Source of the DNA: a virus
Taxonomy: Duplodnaviria; Caudoviricetes
IMG/VR virus record: IMGVR_UViG_3300037785_000033
Location: 1-36,208 of that record
Direction: 5' to 3' (one strand)
Length of the DNA: 36,208 nt
Both the position numbers and the translations under genes were made by a program. Positions 26,004 to 34,498 of this stretch are shown piece by piece (position 1 is the stretch's first letter; each line of letters begins with the position of its first letter). The notes under the pieces were generated by a model. That model searched no databases. It was not told where the DNA came from and worked only from the letters and a program-made list of their open reading frames with translations.

Positions 26004-28165
26004 TAATTAAACCTCTGCTGGCGCTTTCGCTCTTTCTCAGCCTCGCGCGCAATAGTTGAGCCTGCCTTTCTTGCTTGAGCATTGCTCATATTGCCATCTA
26101 CAGAAACGTGCACCTGGTAAGTTGCGTTCCCGCCTGAATCATTCATCGCTCGGCTTTTTGTAAGATCGTAAACCACTTCGTTAGGATGCAGCATAGCAGG
26201 AAATCCGCCTTTTCCATCCATGCCGCCGGAGCGAGAGCCCGCACCAGTAAAGCCGCCGCCTTCGAATGATTGAACCATTTGGCCGGCCTGCATTGCACCG
26301 TAGGCAATTACACCAGCGGCAGCGGCAGCCCCGAGAGCTGGGCCGATGATCGGAATGCTCGCCATCGCCTCGTAAGCGCCCATTGCAGCGGATCTGGTAT
26401 CGTTCCATAGATCAGCCAGCTGCATACGGCCTTTTTCTGAGAATGCCGCCCGAGCAATAGAAAGAGAGGCCCGCGCATAAGCCGCTTCCTTGCCTTCCAT
26501 GCCTGCAAAATAGGCGTCAGCCGTATTTAACAGCAAGCCGTATTTTTCCATTTTTCGCTGGCGCTCGGCCTCGTCCATTTCGGCAACCATTTCCAATCTG
26601 GCGCGCTCCACGTCCAGAAGCATTTGAGCGTGATCATTGGCCATGACAAGCTCCTCGGCTTGCCTGTCCTCGAGCATCTGCAAGCGCTTTTCTTCAACCT
26701 CTGCTTGCATATCCGAATAGAGTAATGCGTCAAAATTTTGGCCATCTGGTGATGGTAGCTCTCCTGTGCCTTCGGAATCGTTAGCCGCTGGCTGAGTGTA
26801 GCCAGGACCGCCGAGGCCTCCCATCGGCTCATAAGGTACACCGGTCATCGGATTGGTAAGATTGCCCACCATCTCAGAGAATGCGCCGATTTTTTGTGTC
26901 GCCGCTTCTGTTTGCTCAGAATTGATCTTTTCAATAAGAGCGTCCCAGCCCTTACCAGCCAAATCGAAGCCGGTAATAATAGAGCCAAGCGGGCCACCTT
27001 GCGCTTTTAGATATTCTGAAAATACAGAAAAGCTCGAGCCGCTATCTTCCATTTCGTCGCCGAGATAGCCGATCACAAGCGTAAGCTCGCGTATTTTTTC
27101 GGTAAGGCCTTGCACACCTTCGCGCTGTAATTCTTCTAAATCACCACCAAGCACCTCAAGCGTTAGGCCTTCGATTGCAGAATTTAGATTTTTAAAATCC
27201 CCGACGAGCGTATCCATGCGGATAGAGGCCTGCTCGTAAGCTGTATTAGTGCCTCTGAGCGTCCCGTTCAGCTTTTCCAGAACTTCCCGCTGCGATAAAA
27301 GCGAAGCCGCAGCTGTGAACGCTTCCTGCCCGAATAGCTCCATTAATTCGGTGTTATTTAAATTGCGATCTGCCAGCGTATTAAGCGATCTGGAAAGCCC
27401 GTTGATTGACGGCATCAAATCTCTATCGCCGGTTTGTTCTAGCCGCAGCATGACCTGGCGGAGCGCGGTACCAGCATCAGCACCCTGCCGGCCAGAGGCG
27501 GCGAGAGCCTGAATACCAGCCACGGTTTCCGTAAGATCAAGCCCGAGGCTATTCGCAGCCGCGCCGGCATTTCTGAGCGCTTCCGTAACGGCAGAAACCT
27601 CGGCTGTACCGAGCTGGGAAGATGCAGCCAAAATATTGATTACTTCGTCAGCACTTTCGGCATCGAGCTGAAATTGGTTCAAGGAAGCACCAAGCGCCTG
27701 TGCTGCAGCCGGCAAATCAATGCCAGTAGCTTCGGCAAGTGTGACAGCGGAGCGGGTAACTTCATTTAAGCTCTCGGCAGAGCCCAGCAAATCTGGCTTA
27801 GCCGACGCGATAAGCTTAAAAGCTTGGCTTGCTTGTGAGGCACTTAGCGAAGTAGTAGCCCCGATATCTTTTGCCTGATCAGCGTAATATTCGAGATCGG
27901 CACCCGTGGCACCGGTGATCGCAGACAGATCAGCCACGGATTGACTGAAATCAGCGGTAAGCTTAATCAGGCGGCTTGCGGAATATGCAGCGGCGGCGGA
28001 AAAGATCGCGCCGCGTACCAGGCTAAAGCCGCCGGCCATGCTTCGAGTTGCTACATTAAGCCGGCGCTCGGCATCTGTGCCAGATCGCTTAAGCTTGTCC
28101 ATGCCTTCGCGACCTTTCTTGAGGTCTCTGGTATCAACTCCGAGGGCTATATTTGCGATATCCAT
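26003..28165 (-). CDS. Tape measure protein (TP901 family)
   Basis: 720 aa, Ala/Gly-rich helical; LSAITGATG, AGTALR, GGMDGKGGFPAMLHPNE. Confidence 0.93.
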   Translation of the reverse strand: MDIANIALGVDTRDLKKGREGMDKLKRSGTDAERRLNVATRSMAGGFSLVRGAIFSAAAAYSASRLIKLTADFSQSVADLSAITGATGADLEYYADQAKDIGATTSLSASQASQAFKLIASAKPDLLGSAESLNEVTRSAVTLAEATGIDLPAAAQALGASLNQFQLDAESADEVINILAASSQLGTAEVSAVTEALRNAGAAANSLGLDLTETVAGIQALAASGRQGADAGTALRQVMLRLEQTGDRDLMPSINGLSRSLNTLADRNLNNTELMELFGQEAFTAAASLLSQREVLEKLNGTLRGTNTAYEQASIRMDTLVGDFKNLNSAIEGLTLEVLGGDLEELQREGVQGLTEKIRELTLVIGYLGDEMEDSGSSFSVFSEYLKAQGGPLGSIITGFDLAGKGWDALIEKINSEQTEAATQKIGAFSEMVGNLTNPMTGVPYEPMGGLGGPGYTQPAANDSEGTGELPSPDGQNFDALLYSDMQAEVEEKRLQMLEDRQAEELVMANDHAQMLLDVERARLEMVAEMDEAERQRKMEKYGLLLNTADAYFAGMEGKEAAYARASLSIARAAFSEKGRMQLADLWNDTRSAAMGAYEAMASIPIIGPALGAAAAAGVIAYGAMQAGQMVQSFEGGGFTGAGSRSGGMDGKGGFPAMLHPNEVVYDLTKSRAMNDSGGNATYQVHVSVDGNMSNAQARKAGSTIAREAEKERKRQQRFN

Positions 28166-28169
28166 AGAA

Positions 28170-28547
28170 TTACCACCGGCTTATTATTGAGGCGACTCGC
28201 GACCTTCGTTTCGATGCTGCCTCGCCATCTGTATTTAAATACGGTTTCGGCGCATCGGCTTTCGTAGAGGCATTATATGTCGCAGCGTAGATTTTTGACA
28301 GATCAATAAGCGCCTCGCATTCCCATGGAAGCAGGTGCTCACCTGATAAATCGATGAAATTCTTGATATCGCCCCAGCTCAGATACGAAAGGCCGAAGCT
28401 AGTCGGCACCGCTGGGCCCACTCGATAAAGTAGAGCTAGAAGATAGATAAACGCCGGCTCCGGCTCGTTCTCAAGCTGGCGATCCTTGTGCGCGTCTGCC
28501 CATGCGCGTAACTCGACGAGCCGTCTTAATTCAGTTACGCACTGCGA
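28170..28547 (-). CDS. Tail assembly chaperone, -1 frameshift extension (lambda gpT-like)
   Basis: Open -1 frame from the slippery site to the stop at 28170; LSWGDI..F...L.PWE motif. Confidence 0.8.
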   Translation of the reverse strand, partial: SQCVTELRRLVELRAWADAHKDRQLENEPEPAFIYLLALLYRVGPAVPTSFGLSYLSWGDIKNFIDLSGEHLLPWECEALIDLSKIYAATYNASTKADAPKPYLNTDGEAASKRRSRVASIISRW

Positions 28548-28960
28548 AAAAAATTCGCGTCGTTGTATACCTCGAGCAGTACCTGTTTCTTAATCCAGTG
28601 GTAATCGGTATAAATGCGCCTGAATTCATCCGGCGTCTGCTCTATCTTTTTGCCGTTTTCAATTACGTGCATTTCGATAGTGCAAACAACAAGCGAGTCG
28701 ATCATTCGAGCTTCCCGCTGCTCTCGGGTAAATTCAAGCTTCCCGCCGCGCGCCTTTTTCGCCTCCATAGCGTCCCGCCGATCTCGCTCGGCAGTAAACT
28801 CGCGAAACTTTGCCGACTCCATGCCAATTACGCGAACGAATTGCTCGCTCTCATGGGCACAAGTCGGGTCAAGAATTACCTCGCCGCTTGCTGGATGGCG
28901 CAGCACTACCTCTATGCCGCTGTCAGTCCGATCAGCGGCTTTAATTTCCGCCAAATCCAT
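28535..28960 (-). CDS. Tail assembly chaperone (lambda gpG-like)
   Basis: Between the tail tube and tape measure genes; LRHP.SGE and ANFF end. Confidence 0.85.
   Translation of the reverse strand: MDLAEIKAADRTDSGIEVVLRHPASGEVILDPTCAHESEQFVRVIGMESAKFREFTAERDRRDAMEAKKARGGKLEFTREQREARMIDSLVVCTIEMHVIENGKKIEQTPDEFRRIYTDYHWIKKQVLLEVYNDANFFRSA
28547..28553 (-). other. Programmed -1 frameshift slippery heptamer T TTT TTT
   Basis: AAT TTT TTT CGC, three codons before the chaperone stop; the -1 frame joins the downstream ORF. Confidence 0.8.
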
Positions 28961-28964
28961 AAGA

Positions 28965-29420
28965 TTAAGCGGCTACAGTAACGAAAGGCTTGGTAATTTC
29001 GATCTGCGAAGTAGCCTGAATGAATTCGCCGTCGATTGTGCCAACGCCATTCTGGAAGCTGGATACAACGCCAGTGAAATACTTTTCGCTGCCATCCGGA
29101 AGCTGGATTTCGAAAGCAATCGCATCGCCGGAGGCAACTGCGGCTTCGAGAATAGCCTGGCCGGCATCGTCATCGTCGAGCGCCATAGTAAGCGTAAGCG
29201 AGCCATTGTCACGGCTGCCGAGCTTTTTATCGATATCGATACTGGCGAGAGGCGAATGAGTTACTACAGCGCGAGTCGGCCCGAAGGACGGAATATCGGT
29301 AATTTCACCGATTGCTGTAAACGTGAGTGATGGGTAGCCGCTAGAGCCGTCACTATCGTAAGTGGTAGGCAGCGTCGCAGACGCGCCAATAACTGTTCCT
29401 GCTGGTGCTTGCTTAGACAT
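28965..29420 (-). CDS. Major tail (tube) protein
   Basis: FTAIGEITDIPSFG...KKLGSRDNGSLTL...DDDAGQAIL. Confidence 0.88.
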   Translation of the reverse strand: MSKQAPAGTVIGASATLPTTYDSDGSSGYPSLTFTAIGEITDIPSFGPTRAVVTHSPLASIDIDKKLGSRDNGSLTLTMALDDDDAGQAILEAAVASGDAIAFEIQLPDGSEKYFTGVVSSFQNGVGTIDGEFIQATSQIEITKPFVTVAA

Positions 29421-29433
29421 TTATCAAGTCCTC

Positions 29434-29841
29434 TTAATTTAGAGCTGAATATTCGACTTGCACTGGAACACTGTACCAGCCTTCGTCAGTAATTGGCGGG
29501 AACGCCGAAGGCTTTCGGTGTACATCAAGGCCGGAAGCAATCGAGGTTCCTCGCGCAAATAGGGTTATGATTTTATCAACAATTTGCCACGCTGCATATT
29601 CTCCGTGATTTGCCTCTACTCTTACGGAAAATTGAATAATTCCAGAATGCGATTCAAGGGTGCTTAATCCGAGCGTTATCGTTTCTGCCGGATTGATTGA
29701 AACAGCAATATGGTTTCCCGTGGGCGGTTGCGGCTTTCCGTCATTTGGAGAATTCGGATAGTAAATAGTAGGCAGCTCCGAGGCAGCTTTATTCGCCTCG
29801 AGGTAGGTATATGTATTATTTACTATGTCGGCATAATTCAT
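29434..29841 (-). CDS. Tail terminator-like protein
   Basis: Position; YPN, GIIQFSV, F.RG and VPVQVEY pattern. Confidence 0.7.
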   Translation of the reverse strand: MNYADIVNNTYTYLEANKAASELPTIYYPNSPNDGKPQPPTGNHIAVSINPAETITLGLSTLESHSGIIQFSVRVEANHGEYAAWQIVDKIITLFARGTSIASGLDVHRKPSAFPPITDEGWYSVPVQVEYSALN

Positions 29842-30233
29842 TTTTTAGCCTTCGATACAATCTTGCGAATATTGTTTTTAGTATCCTGCGCGGCTAACCG
29901 GTATACGCCGCCCATGGCTTTTTTCGACCAATTATCAAATTCAATTCTTGCGGCATAAGGCAGACCGTTGCTTATATAGAATTTACCGAAAGGATTGGAA
30001 ATAATCTGGCCGGCTTTCTTTGCCACTACTTGCCGGTCTTCGGTGGTGGTTTCAGAAACTGAAAAATCGGGAGCGCCTTCGCTTACATTGTGATTTGCTA
30101 GATAGGTACCTTTATCTACTGGCGAGCGGAGCCCTACTCGGCTAGAGGCATCAAGCACAACGGCGCGGCTTGCCTGCTCTATAGATAGCTCGGCTTTCTT
30201 GCGCCATTTTTCAAAATCTCGAGCGAAGCTCAT
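29838..30233 (-). CDS. Tail completion protein (HK97 gp10-like)
   Basis: SPVDKGTY.AN, YISNGLPYAARIE, WSK.A.GG. Confidence 0.8.
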   Translation of the reverse strand: MSFARDFEKWRKKAELSIEQASRAVVLDASSRVGLRSPVDKGTYLANHNVSEGAPDFSVSETTTEDRQVVAKKAGQIISNPFGKFYISNGLPYAARIEFDNWSKKAMGGVYRLAAQDTKNNIRKIVSKAKK

Positions 30234-30577
30234 ATTCTGGCCTGCACTATATACAAAGCCGTGACGTTACCAGGCTTTATCACTTTGAAATCGACAATCG
30301 TATAATCGAGCCCGCCGTCGCGGATCTTGCTTTGCTTTGTTGGCGTGTAATCCGAGCTAATCAAAAATTTTACGTCGTTTTTTTGCAGCGTGAAGAATTC
30401 CGAATCCATCGCATTAAAAGCCGATTGTATGAGCTTAATGCCGGCAGCGGTTTCGGTTACATCAGGATTCCAATCAGTGCCGGTATTGCTGAGAGTGAGC
30501 AGCGCAGCTGTGCGCCCATTATCACTAATGAGCTGGGCGGCAGTATCGGCAAGAGCCTGTATATTAATCGCTACCAT
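30230..30577 (-). CDS. Head closure / head-tail joining protein
   Basis: Position; A.QLI..NGR and KPG....LYIVQAR pattern. Confidence 0.7.
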   Translation of the reverse strand: MVAINIQALADTAAQLISDNGRTAALLTLSNTGTDWNPDVTETAAGIKLIQSAFNAMDSEFFTLQKNDVKFLISSDYTPTKQSKIRDGGLDYTIVDFKVIKPGNVTALYIVQARI

Positions 30578-31057
30578 TTAAAGCACTCTTTGAACCGAGC
30601 CCGCTGGATTCAGTAAAGGGCGCAAAATCGCGTTGACGCTCCTGATCGAAAAAGTAGAGGTTCCGTCTTGGAATTCTACTTCGATCACATCAACTTTTTG
30701 ACGCTTAACCGCCTGAGTAATTACCGCCAGCGGGTCATAGCCTCGATCAATCTCGAGGGCCAGAGCGCATACAGCATCTTTCAAAATCTGGGGTATGTCC
30801 GTATTCTCAAGCAAAAAGCCTCTGTAATAAACTTTTTGGCGCGGCCAGGAAAGCGGCTGATCTTCCTCGACAATCTTTCCGAGAAAATTCTTTGATTCGA
30901 TAAAATCCATCGCTTTGTAAATCAGCGTTTTATTATCGTCGGCGGTGATTGTGTAAGCTCTGTCCTCGGCGTACTGAGTAAGCTCGGCCTCTGTAATATA
31001 GGAATTCGCACCGCTTACGATGCTGCCGTCCTCGACAGTAATTTCTGTAATAGCCAT
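30578..31057 (-). CDS. Head-tail adaptor (DnaT-like annotated family)
   Basis: TVEDGS.V.GANSY, QPLSWPR, IP..LK.A.C.LAL. Confidence 0.85.
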   Translation of the reverse strand: MAITEITVEDGSIVSGANSYITEAELTQYAEDRAYTITADDNKTLIYKAMDFIESKNFLGKIVEEDQPLSWPRQKVYYRGFLLENTDIPQILKDAVCALALEIDRGYDPLAVITQAVKRQKVDVIEVEFQDGTSTFSIRSVNAILRPLLNPAGSVQRVL

Positions 31058-31629
31058 TACCAGTTCACCTGCTGAATATTCCCGTTAAAATCCTGCTTCG
31101 CCTCGAATGGGAAAAAGCGAGAAAGCCTTTCAATGTCTCCGCAATCCCAGACCAAGCTGGCAAGCACCTTTTCCGGCACCTGCTTTTTCCGCACTATGAC
31201 GGACACATTATAACCGTATGTTTTTACTTTTGCCTCTGAGCAATCAAATCCAGCGAGAATCATATTGTATAAAAGCAGACCTGCGTTCCAACAAGTTAAA
31301 TGGCCGCCCACGATTTGCTGTTTCATCGGTGGCACTGTTACCGCCAGAATCCCGCCTTTATTCAAATCAGAAAAGCACTTTTGCAGGAAAAGCCCGACAT
31401 TTTTTTGATGCTCGAGCACATGGGACAACCAGAGGCAGTCGAATCGAGATTTGAAATCGGTAGTAAGATAGTCGCCGATTATATCGGCTTCGCCGGTGTA
31501 AGCGATTGTTGTAACTTTCTTGCCGGCCCGCTCAAATTCTCGAGCGTGTGCGCCATTGCCGCAGCCTACATCGAGAACGGTGTCAAAATCCTCGCGCAGC
31601 AATCTCGCCAGGCATTCTTCAGCGGGCAT
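31057..31629 (-). CDS. Class I SAM-dependent methyltransferase (non-DNA type)
   Basis: VLDVGCGNG, FDCLWLSHVLEH, L..GGILAVTVP; start likely ATG 31629. Confidence 0.9.
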   Translation of the reverse strand: MPAEECLARLLREDFDTVLDVGCGNGAHAREFERAGKKVTTIAYTGEADIIGDYLTTDFKSRFDCLWLSHVLEHQKNVGLFLQKCFSDLNKGGILAVTVPPMKQQIVGGHLTCWNAGLLLYNMILAGFDCSEAKVKTYGYNVSVIVRKKQVPEKVLASLVWDCGDIERLSRFFPFEAKQDFNGNIQQVNW

Positions 31630-31819
31630 CTTTCCAGCCGTGAAGCAAAAGCTTTTCCCGCATTGATTCGGGGAAGCTTTCAACGCCTCGGTCTGGCCGG
31701 CGCATTTTTACTTGCTTTTCTTTCGGCTTAGCCTTCGATTTTGTGGATTTTTTAGGCTCTGGGTTTTCTGCCTTTTCCAGATCCACGCCAGCGGTATTCT
31801 CTACACTTTCGGTTGGCAT
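31619..31819 (-). CDS. Small Lys/Glu-rich head-region protein (66 aa)
   Basis: GAGG RBS; overlaps both neighbours. Confidence 0.65.
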   Translation of the reverse strand: MPTESVENTAGVDLEKAENPEPKKSTKSKAKPKEKQVKMRRPDRGVESFPESMREKLLLHGWKDAR

Positions 31820-32694
31820 CGGTAATTACCTCGTTTTACATTTTCAAGAATAAATTCGGCAGCTTCACCTTTTTGCATTTCTTGAGCTGTCCACTGTGCA
31901 AAAGCTACCCGATTCAAGTGCTCGCGTCTATCGCTATCGCTTGGAAAATAAGGCTCATCGATCTTCGAAAAATCGAGGCCGTTAGATAATTTGAATGCTT
32001 GAGTGCTTGGCATGCAGAAAAATGGAACGCCAGCAATCAGCGCATCTGTGCAAGCCGTAGAATTATATGCAACTACCGCATGCGCGTATCTGAGGGCGGA
32101 ATCAAGGCCGCCGTTTTTTGTGTCTGTAGGCGGCTGATTGTACGCGCCATTAATCTTCATATCAGGACAGCGCGGGTGCGTTCTGAAAATTATCCGCTTA
32201 TTTGTATGGAATGCGATTTGCTCGGCCCAGCTCTCATACAGAGATCGAAGCTCCTCCGGCCCCATGTGATGCTGGCCGTCATAAGGCTTTTGCCCGCATA
32301 TCAGAACAGTTTCTTTTTCGGCCTGGCGGGGCTTCAAATCAATGCCAAGCTTATCGAATCGCTCGGGCCCGCACGGCTCCGGCGGTACCCAATTCAAGCC
32401 GTCGAGGCCTACTTGTTGGTATCCAGAGTATCGATTTAAGAAACCCATATCTGTGACGATTACTGGCAATCCCTCGGCATTGTATTCCTCGACCATGGTA
32501 CACATCGGCTCGCGTACACCGTCGGTCATTGCCATATCAAAAAGATGGGGCTCGCAGTATTTAGGTTTGTAGGCTGCGCGATCTTCGCGCCAGGTAATTT
32601 TGCATCCGTGTCGCTCTAATCCTTGAGCCATAAAAGAAAGGCTCCCCATTGCTGGGGAGCCATATATAACCACTCGCAAATTCATGCGCGGCAA
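31801..32694 (-). CDS. Putative GT-B glycosyltransferase, capsule-synthesis (KpsC/KpsS-like) family
   Basis: GQKPYD (QxxxD), FRTHP (HP), VVAYNSTACTDALIAGVP. Confidence 0.7.
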   Translation of the reverse strand: MPRMNLRVVIYGSPAMGSLSFMAQGLERHGCKITWREDRAAYKPKYCEPHLFDMAMTDGVREPMCTMVEEYNAEGLPVIVTDMGFLNRYSGYQQVGLDGLNWVPPEPCGPERFDKLGIDLKPRQAEKETVLICGQKPYDGQHHMGPEELRSLYESWAEQIAFHTNKRIIFRTHPRCPDMKINGAYNQPPTDTKNGGLDSALRYAHAVVAYNSTACTDALIAGVPFFCMPSTQAFKLSNGLDFSKIDEPYFPSDSDRREHLNRVAFAQWTAQEMQKGEAAEFILENVKRGNYRCQPKV

Positions 32695-32697
32695 ATA

Positions 32698-33699
32698 CTA
32701 GCGAGTTTTAATCGCTATACCCGCGTAATCTTTATACGAGCTTGCTGCAACGTCCCAGTTGGAACCGGTACCGAGGGCGGTGTCGTTGGGGTTGGCTGCA
32801 CCATTGGCAACGTCCCACTTAAAGCCCTTAATTCCGACGTTGTACGCGAATTCACCTTGAAGGCGAGCCACGATATTCTCGAGGCCAGTGACCTCGTCGT
32901 AGGTCATATATTCTTCTTCGGTGTTTTCGACCATCACAGCGCCGGCGGTAAGGCCGAGGGTGTGATATACATTATCAGGAACGGAGCTGGTGCCCTCGTC
33001 CACGATCAGCGCGCTGGAATCAGTTACGATTACAGGCTTGCCGAAAGTAGCCGGTGACGCACCTTGAACCACAACGCCAGCGATGTTATCGCCATTGTTG
33101 GTCGGGTCAATCTGGTAGCCAACAAGATCAAAAAAGACCTTGGAGTGCATCACCCACGCCACAACACGGTTGTAAGCGTCGCCAAATTTCGCCAGGCCTT
33201 GGTTCAGAGTGCCGGAAGTGATAGTTCCGCTGGACGGCTCCGTGTAAGTGACGGCAGATTGATTCGCCAGAGCAGCGCGCGCAGAACGCAGGCCGGTATT
33301 CAGCATTTCAACTTGCATCGCTTTCGCGATCTGGGTACCGATCAGAAACGAAAGAGCCTCTGGGCCGTCTGCCTGCATCAGCACTTTACGGAACGAATCA
33401 ATTGTCTGATCTACTGGCCCGACTTTGCGGTTCAGTTTCACAGAAATGAATTCGTCCATCGCCACTGCCAGAGCAGTTGCAGCCGATACAGAGGTTGTAT
33501 CACGACGAGAGATCAGCCCAGAAATGTTCGTAATGAACGATTCATAAGCATAATCGCCGCGCTTGCTAATGGTAGACAAGCGAATTGCGCCGTTTGAACC
33601 TTGGTTGAAAAAATTCGAGGATTGCGTAAGCGTTTCAATAACGCCGCCGCGCATTTGGTCTTGATAGACCACAAAATCAGAAGCTTTACCTGTAGCCAT
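32698..33699 (-). CDS. Major capsid protein
   Basis: 333 aa after the scaffold; FGD....VVAWVMHSK, GKPVIVTDS, KGFKWD..NG.ANP.D..LGT.SNW. Confidence 0.93.
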   Translation of the reverse strand: MATGKASDFVVYQDQMRGGVIETLTQSSNFFNQGSNGAIRLSTISKRGDYAYESFITNISGLISRRDTTSVSAATALAVAMDEFISVKLNRKVGPVDQTIDSFRKVLMQADGPEALSFLIGTQIAKAMQVEMLNTGLRSARAALANQSAVTYTEPSSGTITSGTLNQGLAKFGDAYNRVVAWVMHSKVFFDLVGYQIDPTNNGDNIAGVVVQGASPATFGKPVIVTDSSALIVDEGTSSVPDNVYHTLGLTAGAVMVENTEEEYMTYDEVTGLENIVARLQGEFAYNVGIKGFKWDVANGAANPNDTALGTGSNWDVAASSYKDYAGIAIKTR

Positions 33700-33710
33700 G
33701 ATGATTCACC

Positions 33711-34439
33711 TTATTTCGAGTTAAGCAGTTTGTTCCACGCCGATAAACCATGTTTGGAAATGTACTCGCTTTTTTCCTTACTGGTCATATCAGCTACTTT
33801 TTTAGAGCCAGCACCGCCGCCCTGATTTAAGCCACCTTCGCCAGCGCCGCCGCTTGAGACTTCCGCCTTTAACAGTGGGCTGAGAAAGTCAGATTTAATA
33901 AGCTCCTCCGTGAAGCCTTCCAAATCTAACGAGGTGGCACTGCCATCCTCCGTTAAAAAGGTGTATTTGTCTTCCTCGGGGTCGTACTGGATTCGATCCA
34001 TAATTGCCTTTTCAAGCAATTTCTTACCCTTGTCCGTCCCGTACTCCGAAGCCAATCGGGAGGCTATTGACTCCCGCGCCTTTTTACTAATTGAGCTTTG
34101 CATTTTTTCGATGCGCTGCTCGTATTCTTTGATCGATTCGCCGTGCCGGCGCTCTTGATCTTTCAAAATCTCGTCGATCTTGCCCTCTTTTTTGAGCTTT
34201 TCGAAAGCCTGGCTTTCCAGTTCTTTCGCTCGCTCTGCCTCTTTCGCCTTGTACTCCTCGAGCTGTTGCTGAACAGATTTGTATCCACTATCAGCTTCCT
34301 TGTATTTTTTATCCAGCTCGTCAAGTGTGCTTTTCAGCTTTGCGTCTTTAGCGGGAATGTAAACTTCCCCATCTTTTGCAAAGGCATCCTTGGCGAAATC
34401 TGGCAGCTCGTCGTATTGTTCCTGTGTTAATTCACTCAT
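33711..34439 (-). CDS. Capsid scaffolding protein
   Basis: Charged coiled coil, Gly-rich linker, DMTSKEKSEYISKHG..AW.KL end. Confidence 0.88.
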   Translation of the reverse strand: MSELTQEQYDELPDFAKDAFAKDGEVYIPAKDAKLKSTLDELDKKYKEADSGYKSVQQQLEEYKAKEAERAKELESQAFEKLKKEGKIDEILKDQERRHGESIKEYEQRIEKMQSSISKKARESIASRLASEYGTDKGKKLLEKAIMDRIQYDPEEDKYTFLTEDGSATSLDLEGFTEELIKSDFLSPLLKAEVSSGGAGEGGLNQGGGAGSKKVADMTSKEKSEYISKHGLSAWNKLLNSK

Positions 34440-34498
34440 TTTGGGCACGGCCTCTCGGATTAATTTCAGCGCACAGCGCTGGTTTTTCGGGATTGTAA

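Noticed and set aside
28502-29330. Long plus-strand ORFs antisense to tail genes (and similar shadow ORFs elsewhere)
   Set aside because: They have no recognisable motifs and overlap well-supported genes on the opposite strand.
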